DNA from: Dehalococcoidia bacterium
GTDB lineage: Bacteria > Chloroflexota > Dehalococcoidia > Tepidiformales > Tepidiformaceae
Assembly: GCA_003104995.1 (NCBI GenBank)
Contig: PQAO01000027.1
Span: 100,799 to 164,798, forward strand
Direction of reading: 5' to 3'
Length of the DNA stretch: 64,000 nucleotides
Shown here: positions 25,726 through 36,934 of the stretch, in pieces
How the letters are laid out: the number at the start of each line of letters is the position of its first letter
How positions within the stretch are numbered: the stretch's first letter is position 1
Notes under the pieces: model-generated
What the model saw: the letters and a program-made list of their open reading frames with translations, nothing else
The model's database searches: none
What the model was told of the DNA's origin: nothing
Position numbers and translations under genes: made by a program

Positions 25726-27153
25726 ATGGAGCCGCTGCCGCCACCGCGTCTTGGCCGGTTCGCCCTGGTCGTGCTCTCTGCGACGATCCTCGTCTCAGTC
25801 ATGAGCGCATCGATGACTACCGTCGCGTTGCCGGACCTCCAGGAGCATTTCCGCGTCGGCGATGACACCCTGACGTGGGTGGTGACTGCCTACATCATCA
25901 CGTTCGCTACCGGGACGGTGGTCTACGGGCGCCTCGCCGACATCGTCGGCACCAAGCCGATGTACGTGTTCGGGTTGAGCCTGTTCACCGTCGCATCACT
26001 CGGCGTTGCACTGGCGCCGTCCTACTGGCTGCTGGTGGCAGCCCGGGCCGCCCAGGGGTTCGGCGGGACAGCGGTGCCCTCGCTTTCACTCGCAACAATC
26101 GTAAAGACTACCTCTGAGCGGGAACGGGGCCGGGCCATGGGCACGACGATCATGGCGGTAGGGGTGGGTTTCGGGCTCGGCCCGCTCATGGGTGGTGTGC
26201 TGACTGAGCTCGGAAGCTGGCGTGCACCATTTTTCGCCACGGCGATCTCGGCAGCGGCACTGCTCCCCCTCGCGCTCCGGGCAGTCCCGGGAGTCCGGGG
26301 AGATTCAAGCCAGCGTTTCGACGCCATCGGTGCGGGCCTGCTGGCGCTCACCGTGACCGGAGCGGTGTTGGCGCTCAACCGCCTCCCGCGCGACCTGGTC
26401 GACCCCGTCGGCCTCGCGGGCCTGGGATCCACGCTGGTAGCCGGAGCAGCGATGGTCGCGCGAATCGTGCGGTCCCCCGACCCTTTTCTCTCTCCGCGAG
26501 TGGTCCGCAATGTGCGATTCATGCGAATGGCCGGCGTCGGCTACGCCACACAGGGGTTGCATTTCGGTACGGTGGTGCTGATCCCCCTCCTGCTTTATCG
26601 CTATCACGAAACCAGCATCATTCAGGTGGGCCTGCACCTCCTGCCGGGCGCGTTGGCCATCGCCGTCTTTGGTATGGCGGGCGGCGTGCTCTCACACACG
26701 GTCGGGAACCGGCCGCTGATCATCGCCGGGACGGTAACCATGGTGGTCGGTGTCGGCTACTTCCACCTCGCGGGCTTCGATGGTCCCGCGTGGGGCGTGA
26801 GCCTCATCTACCTGGTGATTGCGTCCGGCTATGGCATGGTGAACGCGTCCGTGATCAACGCAGCCACCGGCGAACTCGACTTCGACCTTGCCGGGCTCGG
26901 GGTCGGCGTGTTCAACCTCGTGTTCTTCCTTGGCGGGGCGACAACTGTCGCGCTCTCCGGGTCCATCCTCAGGTCGCGGGAGGGTGCGAGTTCGGCGATC
27001 AATCCCCTGGTTGGCGGCGGCGCGACCGAGTTCAGCGATGCACTCATCCCGGTGCTGGTGGTGGCCTGCCTGGGCCTTCTCCTTGGGTTGGGCACACCCC
27101 GCAGCAAAGACGCCGAACCAAATAAGGAACCCGTTATCGCCCCCCCGGTGTAA
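25726..27153 (+). CDS. MFS transporter (drug:H+ antiporter DHA2-like, ~14 TMS)
   Basis: Many hydrophobic segments, plus MFS motif A-like [11 protein letters not shown] and a DHA-type layout. The start was moved to the ATG at 25726. Confidence 0.85.
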   Translation: MEPLPPPRLGRFALVVLSATILVSVMSASMTTVALPDLQEHFRVGDDTLTWVVTAYIITFATGTVVYGRLADIVGTKPMYVFGLSLFTVASLGVALAPSYWLLVAARAAQGFGGTAVPSLSLATIVKTTSERERGRAMGTTIMAVGVGFGLGPLMGGVLTELGSWRAPFFATAISAAALLPLALRAVPGVRGDSSQRFDAIGAGLLALTVTGAVLALNRLPRDLVDPVGLAGLGSTLVAGAAMVARIVRSPDPFLSPRVVRNVRFMRMAGVGYATQGLHFGTVVLIPLLLYRYHETSIIQVGLHLLPGALAIAVFGMAGGVLSHTVGNRPLIIAGTVTMVVGVGYFHLAGFDGPAWGVSLIYLVIASGYGMVNASVINAATGELDFDLAGLGVGVFNLVFFLGGATTVALSGSILRSREGASSAINPLVGGGATEFSDALIPVLVVACLGLLLGLGTPRSKDAEPNKEPVIAPPV

Positions 27154-27415
27154 GTCTGCGCTATACTCGGCACAACCGTCCCGCACGCAGCCAGGTCCGG
27201 GCCCAACGGTCCCTCACGGGGAAGTCGCGGAACCTGGCGAGACGGCAGCCCGGGTTTTCACCCGGAAAGGGCCCAAGTACCCCCACGCACGTGGAAGGAG
27301 GCTTGGGACATGGGAATCAGCCCGCCCTCACACACCAAACCCTTGTAGCCCGGCAACCGGCGACATCCCCATTGCGCCGGGACCCCCCGGCAGCGTTCAG
27401 CACAAGGAGCCAACG

Positions 27416-30106
27416 GTGCACCCAGACAGTTTCGCCAGCCGCACTACGCTATCTTCCGTCGGCGGCACCTACACCTACTTCTCGCTCGAAGCGCTCCGCG
27501 CGAAGGGCGTTGGCCATCTCGACCGGCTGCCATTCTCGCTGAAGATCTTGCTCGAGAACCTCCTCCGGCTGGAGGACGGCCGGGCCGTCACGCGTGAAGA
27601 CATCGAGGCGCTCGCATCCTGGCAGCCCAACAGCGGGACCGATCGCGAGATCGCGTTCACCCCGGCACGGGTGTTGCTCCAGGACTTTACGGGCGTGCCC
27701 GTTGTGGTGGACCTCGCCTCGATGCGCGAGGCAATCAAGGCGCTCGGCGGCGACCCGGGCCGGATTAACCCACTGCAGCGTGTTGACCTCGTCATCGACC
27801 ACTCGGTGCAGGTCGATAACTTCGGCACCGCCGGCGCATTCGCGCAAAACGTGGAGATCGAATTCGAACGGAACCGCGAGCGCTACCAGTTCCTGCGCTG
27901 GGGCCAGCAGGCCTTCGACAACTTCCGGGTGGTCCCCCCCGGGACTGGCATCGTCCACCAGGTGAACCTCGAGTACCTGGCCTCCGTCGTCTTCGAAAAA
28001 GAGGAAGGCGGCCAGACGCTCGCCTACCCCGACACGCTGGTCGGCACCGACTCGCACACGACGATGATCAACGGCCTCGGAGTGCTCGGCTGGGGAGTCG
28101 GCGGCATCGAGGCGGAGGCCGCGATGCTCGGTCAGCCGGTCGCGATGCTGATCCCCGAGGTCGTCGGCTTCAAGCTGACCGGCAGGCTGCCCGAAGGCGC
28201 GACCGGCACCGACCTCGTCCTGCGCGTGACGCAGATGCTGCGCGAGCGGGGCGTGGTCGGAAAATTTGTGGAGTTCTACGGTACGGGCCTCACCACACTG
28301 CCCCTCGCTGTCCGCGCAACCATCGCCAATATGGCGCCCGAATACGGTGCGACCATGGGGTTCTTCCCGGTCGACGCCGAGACGCTCAACTATTTGCGGT
28401 TCACCGGGCGGGAGGACTCGCTGGTAGCCCTGGTGGAGAGCTATTGCAAGGCCCAGGGACTGTTCCGAACCGATGCCACGCCGGACCCCGTGTTCTCGGA
28501 CACGCTCTCCCTGGACCTTGGCGATGTGGTCCCGGCCATTGCGGGGCCCAAGCGGCCACAGGACCGGATCTCGCTGACCGACGCGAAGGCTGACTGGGAA
28601 AAGAACCTTGCTGCCACGGTCGACCCGGCGAAGGCAGGCGCCTCGGCTCATATCCAGAACGGCGTGACCTTCGACCTGAAACACGGATCGGTGGTAATTG
28701 CCGCTATCACGAGCTGCACCAACACCTCCAACCCGGAAGTCATGCTCGGGGCGGGTTTGCTGGCGCGGAAAGCGGTGGAAAAGGGCCTGAAGACCCCCCC
28801 GTGGGTGAAGACCAGCCTCGCCCCGGGTTCGCAGGTAGTCACCGAGTACCTCGACGCAGCGGGCGTGACGCCAGCCCTTAACGCGCTCGGCTTCAACCTC
28901 GTCGGCTACGGCTGTACAACCTGCATCGGCAACTCCGGCCCGCTGGACCCCCGGATCAGCGACGCCATCAAGGAGAACGACCTGGTCGCGGCAGCGGTCC
29001 TCTCCGGCAACCGGAACTTCGAGGGCCGGGTGAACCCGGACACCCGGGCGAACTACCTGGCTTCACCACCCCTGGTCGTGGCCTACGCGCTCGCCGGCCG
29101 GATGGACGTCGACCTCTACAACGAACCCATCGGGAACGGCAAGGACGGGCAGCCCGTGTTCCTGCGGGACATCTGGCCATCGCAGGCCGAGGTCGAAGAA
29201 GCCATCCGCACATCGGTGCGCTCGGACATGTTCCGCAAGCGCTACGCGGAGGTGTTCAAGGGTGACGACCGCTGGCGCAACCTCGATACGCCCGAAGGCG
29301 GGCTGTTCAAGTGGGAAGCCTGGTCCACGTACATCAAGAACCCGCCCTACTTCGACAACCTGACCATGACGCCCGCCCCGGTGACTGACATCGCCGGAGC
29401 GCGCGTGCTGGTAATGGTCGGCGACTCGGTCACGACCGACCACATTTCGCCGGCCGGGAACATCAGCGCCAACAGCCCGGCAGGCATCTACCTCCGCGAG
29501 ATGGGTGTCGACCGCAACGACTTCAACTCGTACGGTTCGCGCCGCGGCAACGACGACGTGATGGTCCGCGGTACGTTCGCGAACATCCGCCTGCGCAACG
29601 AGCTCGCGCCGGGAACAGAAGGCGGCGTGACCCAACACCTGCCCGGCGGGGAGGAGATGACCATCTACGACGCCTCGGCCCACTACAAAGCTGAAGGTGT
29701 GCCGCTGCTCGTGCTCGCGGGCAAGGAGTATGGCACGGGCTCATCGCGCGACTGGGCTGCAAAGGGTGTGAACCTGCTCGGCGTGAAGGCAGCCATCGCC
29801 GAGTCCTACGAGCGAATCCACCGGAGCAACCTGGTCGGCATGGGCGTCTTGCCGCTGCAGTACTTGCCCGGCGAGAACCGGGAGTCACTTGGGCTGACCG
29901 GCCGCGAGGCCTACTCCATCGCCGGCATCGCCGACGGGCTGAAGCCAGGCAAGCGCCTGACCGTTACGGCCCGTGCCGACGACGGCAAGACGACGTCGTT
30001 CGAGGCGATCTGCCGGATCGACACACCGGTTGAGCTGGATTACTACCGCCACGGCGGGATCCTGCAATACGTCCTGCGCCAGCTTGCCAGCCAGCCCCAG
30101 GGCTGA
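27416..30106 (+). CDS. acnA: Aconitate hydratase A
   Basis: Carries [54 protein letters not shown] and [10 protein letters not shown], including the Fe-S cluster Cys ligands. The GTG at 27416 lies 7 nt after AAGGAG. The track ORF start at 26888 overlaps the MFS gene. Confidence 0.95.
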   Translation: MHPDSFASRTTLSSVGGTYTYFSLEALRAKGVGHLDRLPFSLKILLENLLRLEDGRAVTREDIEALASWQPNSGTDREIAFTPARVLLQDFTGVPVVVDLASMREAIKALGGDPGRINPLQRVDLVIDHSVQVDNFGTAGAFAQNVEIEFERNRERYQFLRWGQQAFDNFRVVPPGTGIVHQVNLEYLASVVFEKEEGGQTLAYPDTLVGTDSHTTMINGLGVLGWGVGGIEAEAAMLGQPVAMLIPEVVGFKLTGRLPEGATGTDLVLRVTQMLRERGVVGKFVEFYGTGLTTLPLAVRATIANMAPEYGATMGFFPVDAETLNYLRFTGREDSLVALVESYCKAQGLFRTDATPDPVFSDTLSLDLGDVVPAIAGPKRPQDRISLTDAKADWEKNLAATVDPAKAGASAHIQNGVTFDLKHGSVVIAAITSCTNTSNPEVMLGAGLLARKAVEKGLKTPPWVKTSLAPGSQVVTEYLDAAGVTPALNALGFNLVGYGCTTCIGNSGPLDPRISDAIKENDLVAAAVLSGNRNFEGRVNPDTRANYLASPPLVVAYALAGRMDVDLYNEPIGNGKDGQPVFLRDIWPSQAEVEEAIRTSVRSDMFRKRYAEVFKGDDRWRNLDTPEGGLFKWEAWSTYIKNPPYFDNLTMTPAPVTDIAGARVLVMVGDSVTTDHISPAGNISANSPAGIYLREMGVDRNDFNSYGSRRGNDDVMVRGTFANIRLRNELAPGTEGGVTQHLPGGEEMTIYDASAHYKAEGVPLLVLAGKEYGTGSSRDWAAKGVNLLGVKAAIAESYERIHRSNLVGMGVLPLQYLPGENRESLGLTGREAYSIAGIADGLKPGKRLTVTARADDGKTTSFEAICRIDTPVELDYYRHGGILQYVLRQLASQPQG

Positions 30107-30139
30107 GCCACCACCCCCACCCAGAGGAGCACCCGTCAC

Positions 30140-31360
30140 ATGGCGAAGATTACAGTCACGAACCCGGTCGTCGAACTCGATGGCGATGAAATGACCCGCA
30201 TCATCTGGCAGTTCATCAAGGACAAGCTCATCTTGCCCTACCTCGATGTGCAGCTGGACTACTACGACCTCAGCATGGAGCATCGCGACGCGACCAACGA
30301 CCAGGTCACCATCGATGCGGCGAACGCCATCAAGAAGCACGGCGTGGGCGTGAAGTGCGCCACCATCACTCCGGATGAGGCACGGGTCGAGGAATTCAAG
30401 CTCAAGCAGATGTGGAAGTCGCCCAACGGCACCATCCGCAACATCCTCGGCGGCGTCGTCTTCCGCGAGCCAATTATCTGCAAGAACATCCCGCGCCTGG
30501 TGCCGGGCTGGACCAAGCCCATCGTCATCGGCCGCCATGCCCACGCGGACCAGTACAAGGCTGCCGACTTCCGCGTCCCCGGGCCGGGAACGGTCACAAT
30601 CAGCTGGGCGCCGGATGGCGGTGGCGACCCGATCACCATGGAAGTGGCGAAGTTCACCGGCTCCGGCATCGCGATGGGCATGTACAACTTCGACGACTCA
30701 ATCCGGGACTTCGCCCGGGCATCACTGCGGTACGGACTGGACCGGAACTACCCCGTTTACCTGTCGACCAAAAACACCATCCTCAAGGCTTACGACGGCC
30801 GCTTCAAGGACCTCTTCCAGGAGGTCTTCGACGCCGAGTTCGCGGCCGACTTCAAGGCCGCCGGGCTCACGTACGAGCACCGGCTGATCGACGACATGGT
30901 CGCGGCCTGCATGAAGTGGGAGGGCGGCTATGTCTGGGCGTGCAAGAACTACGACGGCGACGTCCAGTCGGACACAGTCGCACAGGGCTTCGGTTCACTC
31001 GGGCTGATGTCCTCGGTCTTGTTGACACCAGACGGCAAGACCTGCGAAGCCGAGGCGGCTCATGGGACAGTCACGCGGCACTACCGGGCCCACCAGCGCG
31101 GCGAGAAGACCTCGACAAACCCCATCGCGTCGATCTTCGCGTGGACGCGGGGCCTCGCCTTCCGGGCGAAGCTCGACAACACGCCCGACGTCGCCCGGTT
31201 TGCAGAGACCCTGGAACAGGTCTGCGTCGAGACCGTGGAGGGCGGCGAGATGACGAAGGACCTGGCCATCCTGATCTCGCCGGACAGCCCGTGGTTGACG
31301 ACCGAGGGCTTCCTGGACGCGCTCGACCGAAACCTCCAGAAGAAGATGGCGGCCTGGTAG
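30140..31360 (+). CDS. icd: NADP-dependent isocitrate dehydrogenase (homodimeric, eukaryote-like subfamily II)
   Basis: [37 protein letters not shown]...[14 protein letters not shown] is the type-II IDH signature. The length is ~406 aa. Confidence 0.95.
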   Translation: MAKITVTNPVVELDGDEMTRIIWQFIKDKLILPYLDVQLDYYDLSMEHRDATNDQVTIDAANAIKKHGVGVKCATITPDEARVEEFKLKQMWKSPNGTIRNILGGVVFREPIICKNIPRLVPGWTKPIVIGRHAHADQYKAADFRVPGPGTVTISWAPDGGGDPITMEVAKFTGSGIAMGMYNFDDSIRDFARASLRYGLDRNYPVYLSTKNTILKAYDGRFKDLFQEVFDAEFAADFKAAGLTYEHRLIDDMVAACMKWEGGYVWACKNYDGDVQSDTVAQGFGSLGLMSSVLLTPDGKTCEAEAAHGTVTRHYRAHQRGEKTSTNPIASIFAWTRGLAFRAKLDNTPDVARFAETLEQVCVETVEGGEMTKDLAILISPDSPWLTTEGFLDALDRNLQKKMAAW

Positions 31361-31375
31361 GGAGTTCGACACTGC

Positions 31376-31404
31376 GTGCGGGGCGACGAACCGTCGCCCC
31401 GCAC
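31376..31404. terminator. Strong hairpin between the convergent icd and GNAT genes
   Basis: GTGCGGGGCGAC / gaacc / GTCGCCCCGCAC forms a perfect 12-bp stem 16 nt after the icd stop, followed by GTTACATTT. Confidence 0.5.
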
Positions 31405-31555
31405 GTTACATTTGCAGTTCAGGCCACAGGCGTATGGGACAGGAGGCGGCGGACCTCTGCGCCGTCGTCCAGATCGTCCCGGTGAATGGCGAAACCGCGG
31501 GGCTCCAGCCGCCGCGGCTCGGTCACTTCGACAGCGACAGCGGACACTTCGGCGG

Positions 31556-31927
31556 TCACCGCAGGATCCGTTCGAACCAGATGCCGCCCTCTGGCCCATC
31601 GCCGTGGCGCGGGCTGAAGCCCATGCGAATCCAGAAGTAAACCGAAAGTCCCAGTGACGGGTGTGCCCACGCCCGCAGGCGCTTGTACCCGGCCCTTTCT
31701 GCCGCACGGACGAGCAGCCATGCGGCCTCCGAACCCGCACCGTAGCTCCGGTGCGCCTCATCGATGCACAGCCGGTGGATCGTGAGCCCCGGAGCGTCAT
31801 CCGCCTCCACCTCGGCTGTGCCCACGTCCTTGCCATCGGCAAGGCGGCGGACGGCCAGGCTCGCGGGCCCGTCGGGCACCAGCTCGAAGCGCTCGCCGTG
31901 AGCGACCAGCTGTTGGGCGACGGTCAC
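31556..31927 (-). CDS. GNAT-family N-acetyltransferase (small)
   Basis: LTIHRLCIDEAHRSYGAGSEAAWLLVRAAERAGYKRLRAW fits GNAT motif A. The GTG start overlaps the dinG stop (GTGA). Confidence 0.6.
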   Translation of the reverse strand: MTVAQQLVAHGERFELVPDGPASLAVRRLADGKDVGTAEVEADDAPGLTIHRLCIDEAHRSYGAGSEAAWLLVRAAERAGYKRLRAWAHPSLGLSVYFWIRMGFSPRHGDGPEGGIWFERILR

Positions 31928-34662
31928 CGCGACAACCAGTCGCGGGCAGCCTCCGCCACCTCTAGCGTGGGCGCCTTCAGCCGGGTGCAGTCGGGGAGCG
32001 AGTTGAGGAAGGCCTTGCCGTACTGCTTCTCCCAGAGCCGCCGGTCGAGGACGGCGACCACCCCGTGGTCGGTCTTGTCGCGGATGAGACGGCCAAAGCC
32101 CTGGCGGAAGCGGAGGATGGCCGACGGGAGGGCGTAGTCGTTGAACGGGCTCGGGTACTGCTCCGAGCGGGCCTTGAACACCGGGTCCGAGGGGACGCCG
32201 AACGGCAGCCTGGCGATGAGGAGCATGGAGAGCGCGTCTCCCCGGATGTCGATGCCTTCCCAGAAGCTGGCCGTGCCGAGCACCAGTGTGCGCGGGTTCG
32301 AGCGCAGCTGTTCGGTCAGCTGGCGGGGTGACCCGTCGACCCCCTGTGCCAGCGCCAGGATGCCGCGCGTGTCGAGTTCGCTCCGGACCAGGTCGGCCAC
32401 CCGGCGGAGGGCGGCGTTCGACGTGAACAGCGCGAGCGCGCGGCCGCCGGAGGCGTCGGTCAACTCGATCACCGCCCTGGCCACAGCGTCCAGGTATTCC
32501 CGGGCGGAGGGGTCAGGCACGTCCTCGACGGCTGCGAGCAGGGTTGCCTCGCGGTAGTTGAACGGCGATCCGAGCTGGAGCATCTCGGGGTCCTGCAGCC
32601 CGAGGCGGCGGGCGGCGAAGCCCATGTCACGGTTAGCGCTCAGGGTGGCACTGGTCGCGATCACCGTCTCGGTTTTCGAGAATAGCTCCTCCCAGAGCCT
32701 TGGCCCGACTTCCAGGGGCGCCGAGTTCAGGTTGCCGTTGCCGTCGCGGTCGCGGCCGGTCCAGGCGATGGTGTCGTCTCCGGGCGAGCCCATCAGCTGT
32801 TCCGCCAGCAGGTGCAGCTCCTGGACCTTGCGGAGGGCCGCCTCGAACTCGCCCGCGAGGACATCGGCCGATTCGACAGCGGCCTCGGAAACGGCTTTCG
32901 CGGCTGTGGCGCCACGCGCCTCCAGGTCCCGCAGGGCCCGCAGGAAGCCATCCCACGCATCCTCGACGGCCTCCCAGCGGTCGCCATGCCGGATGGCGGG
33001 GGTGAGCAGCTGCCGGTCGTCCTCGCCCGCCGGAGTGAGCTTTCCGAGCGCTCCGAAAAACGGGGCCGCGTGTTCGAAGCAGCGCGCGACCGAGTCTTCC
33101 AGGGACTTCGCGAGCAACCCGAACGCCTCCTGCGGCAGGGCACGCAAAAGAGTCACTACACCGCCCTCACGCTGCTCACGCCCGCCGCGCCGGTGGATGC
33201 CGTCGAGCGCGTCGACAGTGCGGCGAAGGCTCAGACTCGCGCCGAACTGGTTGGTCGCGACATCTTCGACGTTGTGCGCCTCATCGATCACGAGGTGGTC
33301 GAACTCAGGAATGGCACTGCCGCCTGCCGCGAGGTCGGCCAACAACAACGCATGGTTGACCACCAGGATGTGGGCTGACTCGGCCGACTTACGGGCGCGC
33401 AGCAAGAAGCAGTGGCCCTCGCGGACAAACCGGTTCTGTTTCGAGAGGCAGTCGGCATCCTGGGCACTGAAGCGCTGCCACGAGACCCACTCGTCCGGAG
33501 CCAGGTTCAGCTCCGAGCGGTCGCCGGTTTCCGTTTCGGGCAGCCAGAGCAGCATGGCGGCGCCCAGTCGGGCAAAGTCGGGGTCGCCCAGCCCGGATGC
33601 GTAGTTGGCAATCCAGCGCTGGATGCAGAGGTAGTTGGCGCGCCCCTTGAGCAGGCTGGCGCGCAGATCCTCCTCGCTGCCAATGAGCCCCGCCTCGGTC
33701 ATGATCCGCCGGAGGGCCGGGATGTCCTTGGCCAGCAGCTGTTCCTGGAGCGCGATGGTGTTGGTCGAAACCACCACCCTTCGGCCGTTCCGAACCGCGT
33801 CGATGGCGGCCGGGAGCAAGTAGGCCAGCGATTTGCCGACGCCTGTGCCAGCTTCGATGAGGTAGTGACCGCCCCGGACGAAAGCCTCCCTGACGGCTTC
33901 GGCCATCTCACGCTGCTCAGGGCGTTCCTCGAAGCGCTCCATGACGGTGGCAGCGGCCCGGAAGCCCGCGTCGAGGTCGGCCGCGGTGACGGGTAGAGGC
34001 GGGTCCCGGGGTTCGAGGGCCGGGTAGCCGGGAGCCGGGCTCAGGGCGGGAATGTGCCGCGCCGAGGCGTCCTCCGGCTGTGCCTCACCGGCAATCACGC
34101 CGGCAAGGATGGGCTGATGAATCGCAACGAAGCGGGCGAGCTGGCTGCGCTGGGCAGGCTCGAGGGCGGCGGCGCGAGCCAGCAGGCGGGCGAACACGGC
34201 TGCGGCCGTGCGCGCATCGTTGAGGGCCCGGTGGTGGTCGACCGCTTCCACCTCGAGTTCGCGGGCGACCTCGGCGAGGCCGTGCGACCGCAGCCGCGGC
34301 ACCAGGTACCGCGCCAGCTCAGCCGTATCGAGGGCCTCAACTCGAAGGCGGACGCCTTCGCGGGCAAGGTAATTGAGGTCGAAGCCGATGTTATGTCCGA
34401 CGACCTGGCTGCCGCCAATAAACGCCTCCAGGTCGGGAGCGGCCACCGCGACACCAGGCGCATTGGCGACCATCCCGTTGGTCACGCCGGTAAAGCGCTC
34501 GATGAACGGTGGGATTTCGCGGCCGGGATTGATGAGCTGTTGGTAGGCCTCGAGCTCCCGGCCGGACGCGTCGAACCGGACGGCGCCGATCTCGATGATG
34601 CGGTCCTGCTCCGGGTCGAGGCCGGTTGTCTCGAGGTCGAGGGCGACGTAGGTGCGGGTCAT
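31924..34662 (-). CDS. dinG: DinG-family ATP-dependent helicase with an N-terminal DnaQ-like 3'-5' exonuclease domain
   Basis: The N-terminus YVALDLETTGLDPEQDRIIEIGAV ... GHNIGFDLNYL ... HRALNDA shows the Exo I-III motifs. The helicase part has EAGTGVGKSLAYLLPA (Walker A), VIDEAHN (DEAH), and C-terminal FWEGIDIRG and RLIR motifs. Confidence 0.9.
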   Translation of the reverse strand: MTRTYVALDLETTGLDPEQDRIIEIGAVRFDASGRELEAYQQLINPGREIPPFIERFTGVTNGMVANAPGVAVAAPDLEAFIGGSQVVGHNIGFDLNYLAREGVRLRVEALDTAELARYLVPRLRSHGLAEVARELEVEAVDHHRALNDARTAAAVFARLLARAAALEPAQRSQLARFVAIHQPILAGVIAGEAQPEDASARHIPALSPAPGYPALEPRDPPLPVTAADLDAGFRAAATVMERFEERPEQREMAEAVREAFVRGGHYLIEAGTGVGKSLAYLLPAAIDAVRNGRRVVVSTNTIALQEQLLAKDIPALRRIMTEAGLIGSEEDLRASLLKGRANYLCIQRWIANYASGLGDPDFARLGAAMLLWLPETETGDRSELNLAPDEWVSWQRFSAQDADCLSKQNRFVREGHCFLLRARKSAESAHILVVNHALLLADLAAGGSAIPEFDHLVIDEAHNVEDVATNQFGASLSLRRTVDALDGIHRRGGREQREGGVVTLLRALPQEAFGLLAKSLEDSVARCFEHAAPFFGALGKLTPAGEDDRQLLTPAIRHGDRWEAVEDAWDGFLRALRDLEARGATAAKAVSEAAVESADVLAGEFEAALRKVQELHLLAEQLMGSPGDDTIAWTGRDRDGNGNLNSAPLEVGPRLWEELFSKTETVIATSATLSANRDMGFAARRLGLQDPEMLQLGSPFNYREATLLAAVEDVPDPSAREYLDAVARAVIELTDASGGRALALFTSNAALRRVADLVRSELDTRGILALAQGVDGSPRQLTEQLRSNPRTLVLGTASFWEGIDIRGDALSMLLIARLPFGVPSDPVFKARSEQYPSPFNDYALPSAILRFRQGFGRLIRDKTDHGVVAVLDRRLWEKQYGKAFLNSLPDCTRLKAPTLEVAEAARDWLSR

Positions 34663-34867
34663 CGTGCGAACATCCGTGCGAACGAGCAGTCTACGGCCCG
34701 GATGCGCGCTGGGCCAATTGACTCGGACTATGCTCGTTTTCGGGCGCGACACCCATTGACGCGCCCGCCGGGCATCAACCGCGCAACAGGTGGGCATTGA
34801 GGGGCCTTCTCCCGCATGCGTAGAATCGGGAACCACGGGTCACCCCAGTGAATGGAGGTTTGCGTCT

Positions 34868-36925
34868 ATGAAGGTCTATCCGACCGAAGACATCCGTAAT
34901 GTGGTCCTGGTTGGCCACGGCAGCGTTGGGAAGACGATGCTTACCGAGGCGGCCCTGTACGAGAGCGGTGGAAGCACGCGCTTCGGCACCATCCAGGACC
35001 AGAACACCGTCAGCGACTATGACGACGACGAGCACAAGCGGAAGTTCAGCCTGAACCTGGCCATCGTTCCGGTGGAGTGGGAAGGCCGGAAGATCAATAT
35101 GATCGACACCCCGGGCTACGCGGACTTCGTGTCGGAAGTCCTGTGCGGCGCCCACGCGGCCGACATGGCGGTGGTCGTGGTCGATGCCGTCTCGGGGCCA
35201 GAGGTTGGCACCGACCGCGCATGGGGCATCCTCGACAGACTCAACCTCCCGCGGATGATCGTTGTCAACCGGATGGACCGTGAGAATGCGGACTTCGATT
35301 CCGTCCTGCGCAGGCTCCAGGAGCGCTGGGGCCACCGGGTCATGCCTCTCCAGGTCCCCATCGGCGCACATGAGTCATTCGAAGGCGTCGTCGACCTCCT
35401 GCACATGCGCGCCTACATTGGCGAAACGGCGGAAGAGGTCCCGATCCCGGAGCACCTGGTGAGCCACGCGGACGAGCTCCGGGCGCAGCTGATCGAGGGC
35501 ATTGTCGAGACCGACGAAGACCTGATGGCAAAGTACTTTGCCGATGAGGAACTGACCGAAGACGAGCTGCGGAAGGTGCTGCACGGCGGGCTCGACCGCA
35601 ACCTGATCATCCCGGTGCTGTGCTCATCTGCGACGAAGCTCATCGGTGTTCGCCAGCTGCTGCATAACATCGCCTTCAGCGGTCCATCGCCGCTCGACCG
35701 CGACCCCATCGAGGTGGATGGGGTCGCGATCAAGCCTGAGCCGAATGCCCCGGTGCGCGCGCTGGTGTTTAAGACCGCCGCCGACCCATTCGTTGGGCGG
35801 CTCACGTACCTCCGCGTCATCAGCGGGAAGGTGACCGCCGACAGCCATCTCTGGAACGCGAACAAGGAAGCCGATGAGCGCCTCGGTTCGCTCTACCTCC
35901 AGCGCGGCAAGGAGCAGATCCAGGTGCCCGAGCTGGACGCGGGCGACATCGGCGTCGTGGCGAAGCTCGCACACACCGCCACCGGCGATACCCTCGGGCC
36001 GAAGGAGCAGCCGCTGAAGCTGCCACCGATCGCCTTCCCCTCGCCGGTGTTCAGCATGGCAGTTCACCCGGTGGGCAAGGCGGCGGTCGACAAGCTGGGC
36101 CCGAGCCTCCAGCGGATGGTGGAGGAGGATCCGGGGCTGCTTCTGAGCCGCGACATGGGGACAGGCGAGGTTGTCCTGGCGGGCCTCGGCGATGCACACC
36201 TGGACGTCACCATCGATCGGCTCAAGCGGAAGTTCAACGTCGACGTTGAACTCAGCCTCCCGCGTGTTCCCTATCGGGAAACCGTCGCCCAGAAGAACCA
36301 GGCGGAGTTCACGCATAAAAAGCAGACCGGTGGGCACGGTCAGTACGCGAAGGTGGTCCTCGAAGTCGAACCGCTCGAACGGGGCGCGGGCGTGCAGTTC
36401 AACACGCGGGTGGTCGGCGGTTCGGTGCCGAAGGAGTTCATCCCGGCGGTTGAAAAAGGCGTGATGGAAACGGCCCACGGCGGCGTGTTCGCCGGATACG
36501 AGTTGACGGACTGCCAGATCACGCTCCTCGATGGCAAGCACCACCCCGTCGACTCAAGCGAAATGGCCTTCAAGGTCGCGGCATCGCAGGCGCTCAAGGA
36601 GGCCATTAACGGAGTCGGGGGAACACTCCTCGAACCCGTGATGGTCATCACGGTCTGGGCGCCGGAAGAGCACGCGGGTGATGTGGTCAGCGACCTGAAC
36701 ACCAGGCGCGCGAAGATCCACGGCATCAATCCCGACGGCGGGTCGAGTGTTATCGAAGCCGAGGTCCCGCTCGCCGAAGTGCAGCGATACGCCTCTGACC
36801 TTCGGTCGATCACCCAGGGGCGAGGGACCTTCTCGCTCGCTTTCGATCACTACGGCGATGTGCCATCGCACATCGCCCAGAAGGTCGTCGCTGAGCACAA
36901 GAAGGAGCTCGAAGAGGCGCATTAG
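34868..36925 (+). CDS. Elongation factor G paralogue (EF-G2-like translational GTPase)
   Basis: The G domain has VLVGHGSVGKTML (G1), DTPGYADF (G3) and NRMD (G4), followed by EF-G domains II-V. The G1 motif differs from the housekeeping AHIDAGKTT form. Confidence 0.88.
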   Translation: MKVYPTEDIRNVVLVGHGSVGKTMLTEAALYESGGSTRFGTIQDQNTVSDYDDDEHKRKFSLNLAIVPVEWEGRKINMIDTPGYADFVSEVLCGAHAADMAVVVVDAVSGPEVGTDRAWGILDRLNLPRMIVVNRMDRENADFDSVLRRLQERWGHRVMPLQVPIGAHESFEGVVDLLHMRAYIGETAEEVPIPEHLVSHADELRAQLIEGIVETDEDLMAKYFADEELTEDELRKVLHGGLDRNLIIPVLCSSATKLIGVRQLLHNIAFSGPSPLDRDPIEVDGVAIKPEPNAPVRALVFKTAADPFVGRLTYLRVISGKVTADSHLWNANKEADERLGSLYLQRGKEQIQVPELDAGDIGVVAKLAHTATGDTLGPKEQPLKLPPIAFPSPVFSMAVHPVGKAAVDKLGPSLQRMVEEDPGLLLSRDMGTGEVVLAGLGDAHLDVTIDRLKRKFNVDVELSLPRVPYRETVAQKNQAEFTHKKQTGGHGQYAKVVLEVEPLERGAGVQFNTRVVGGSVPKEFIPAVEKGVMETAHGGVFAGYELTDCQITLLDGKHHPVDSSEMAFKVAASQALKEAINGVGGTLLEPVMVITVWAPEEHAGDVVSDLNTRRAKIHGINPDGGSSVIEAEVPLAEVQRYASDLRSITQGRGTFSLAFDHYGDVPSHIAQKVVAEHKKELEEAH

Positions 36926-36934
36926 CTGCCAGGG

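Noticed and set aside
26888-27415. The N-terminal 176-aa extension of the aconitase ORF given by the track.
   Set aside because: It overlaps the MFS transporter gene, and its composition is Ser/Pro/Arg/Ala-rich. The conserved AcnA sequence begins at the GTG at 27416, which has an AAGGAG SD.
27154-27415. A 260-nt leader upstream of acnA, considered as a possible riboswitch or sRNA.
   Set aside because: I saw only a few short hairpins (for example CCGGG/ttttca/CCCGG) and no motif I can assign to a known riboswitch class. A promoter-like TATACT lacks a matching -35. An Rfam scan would be needed to say more.
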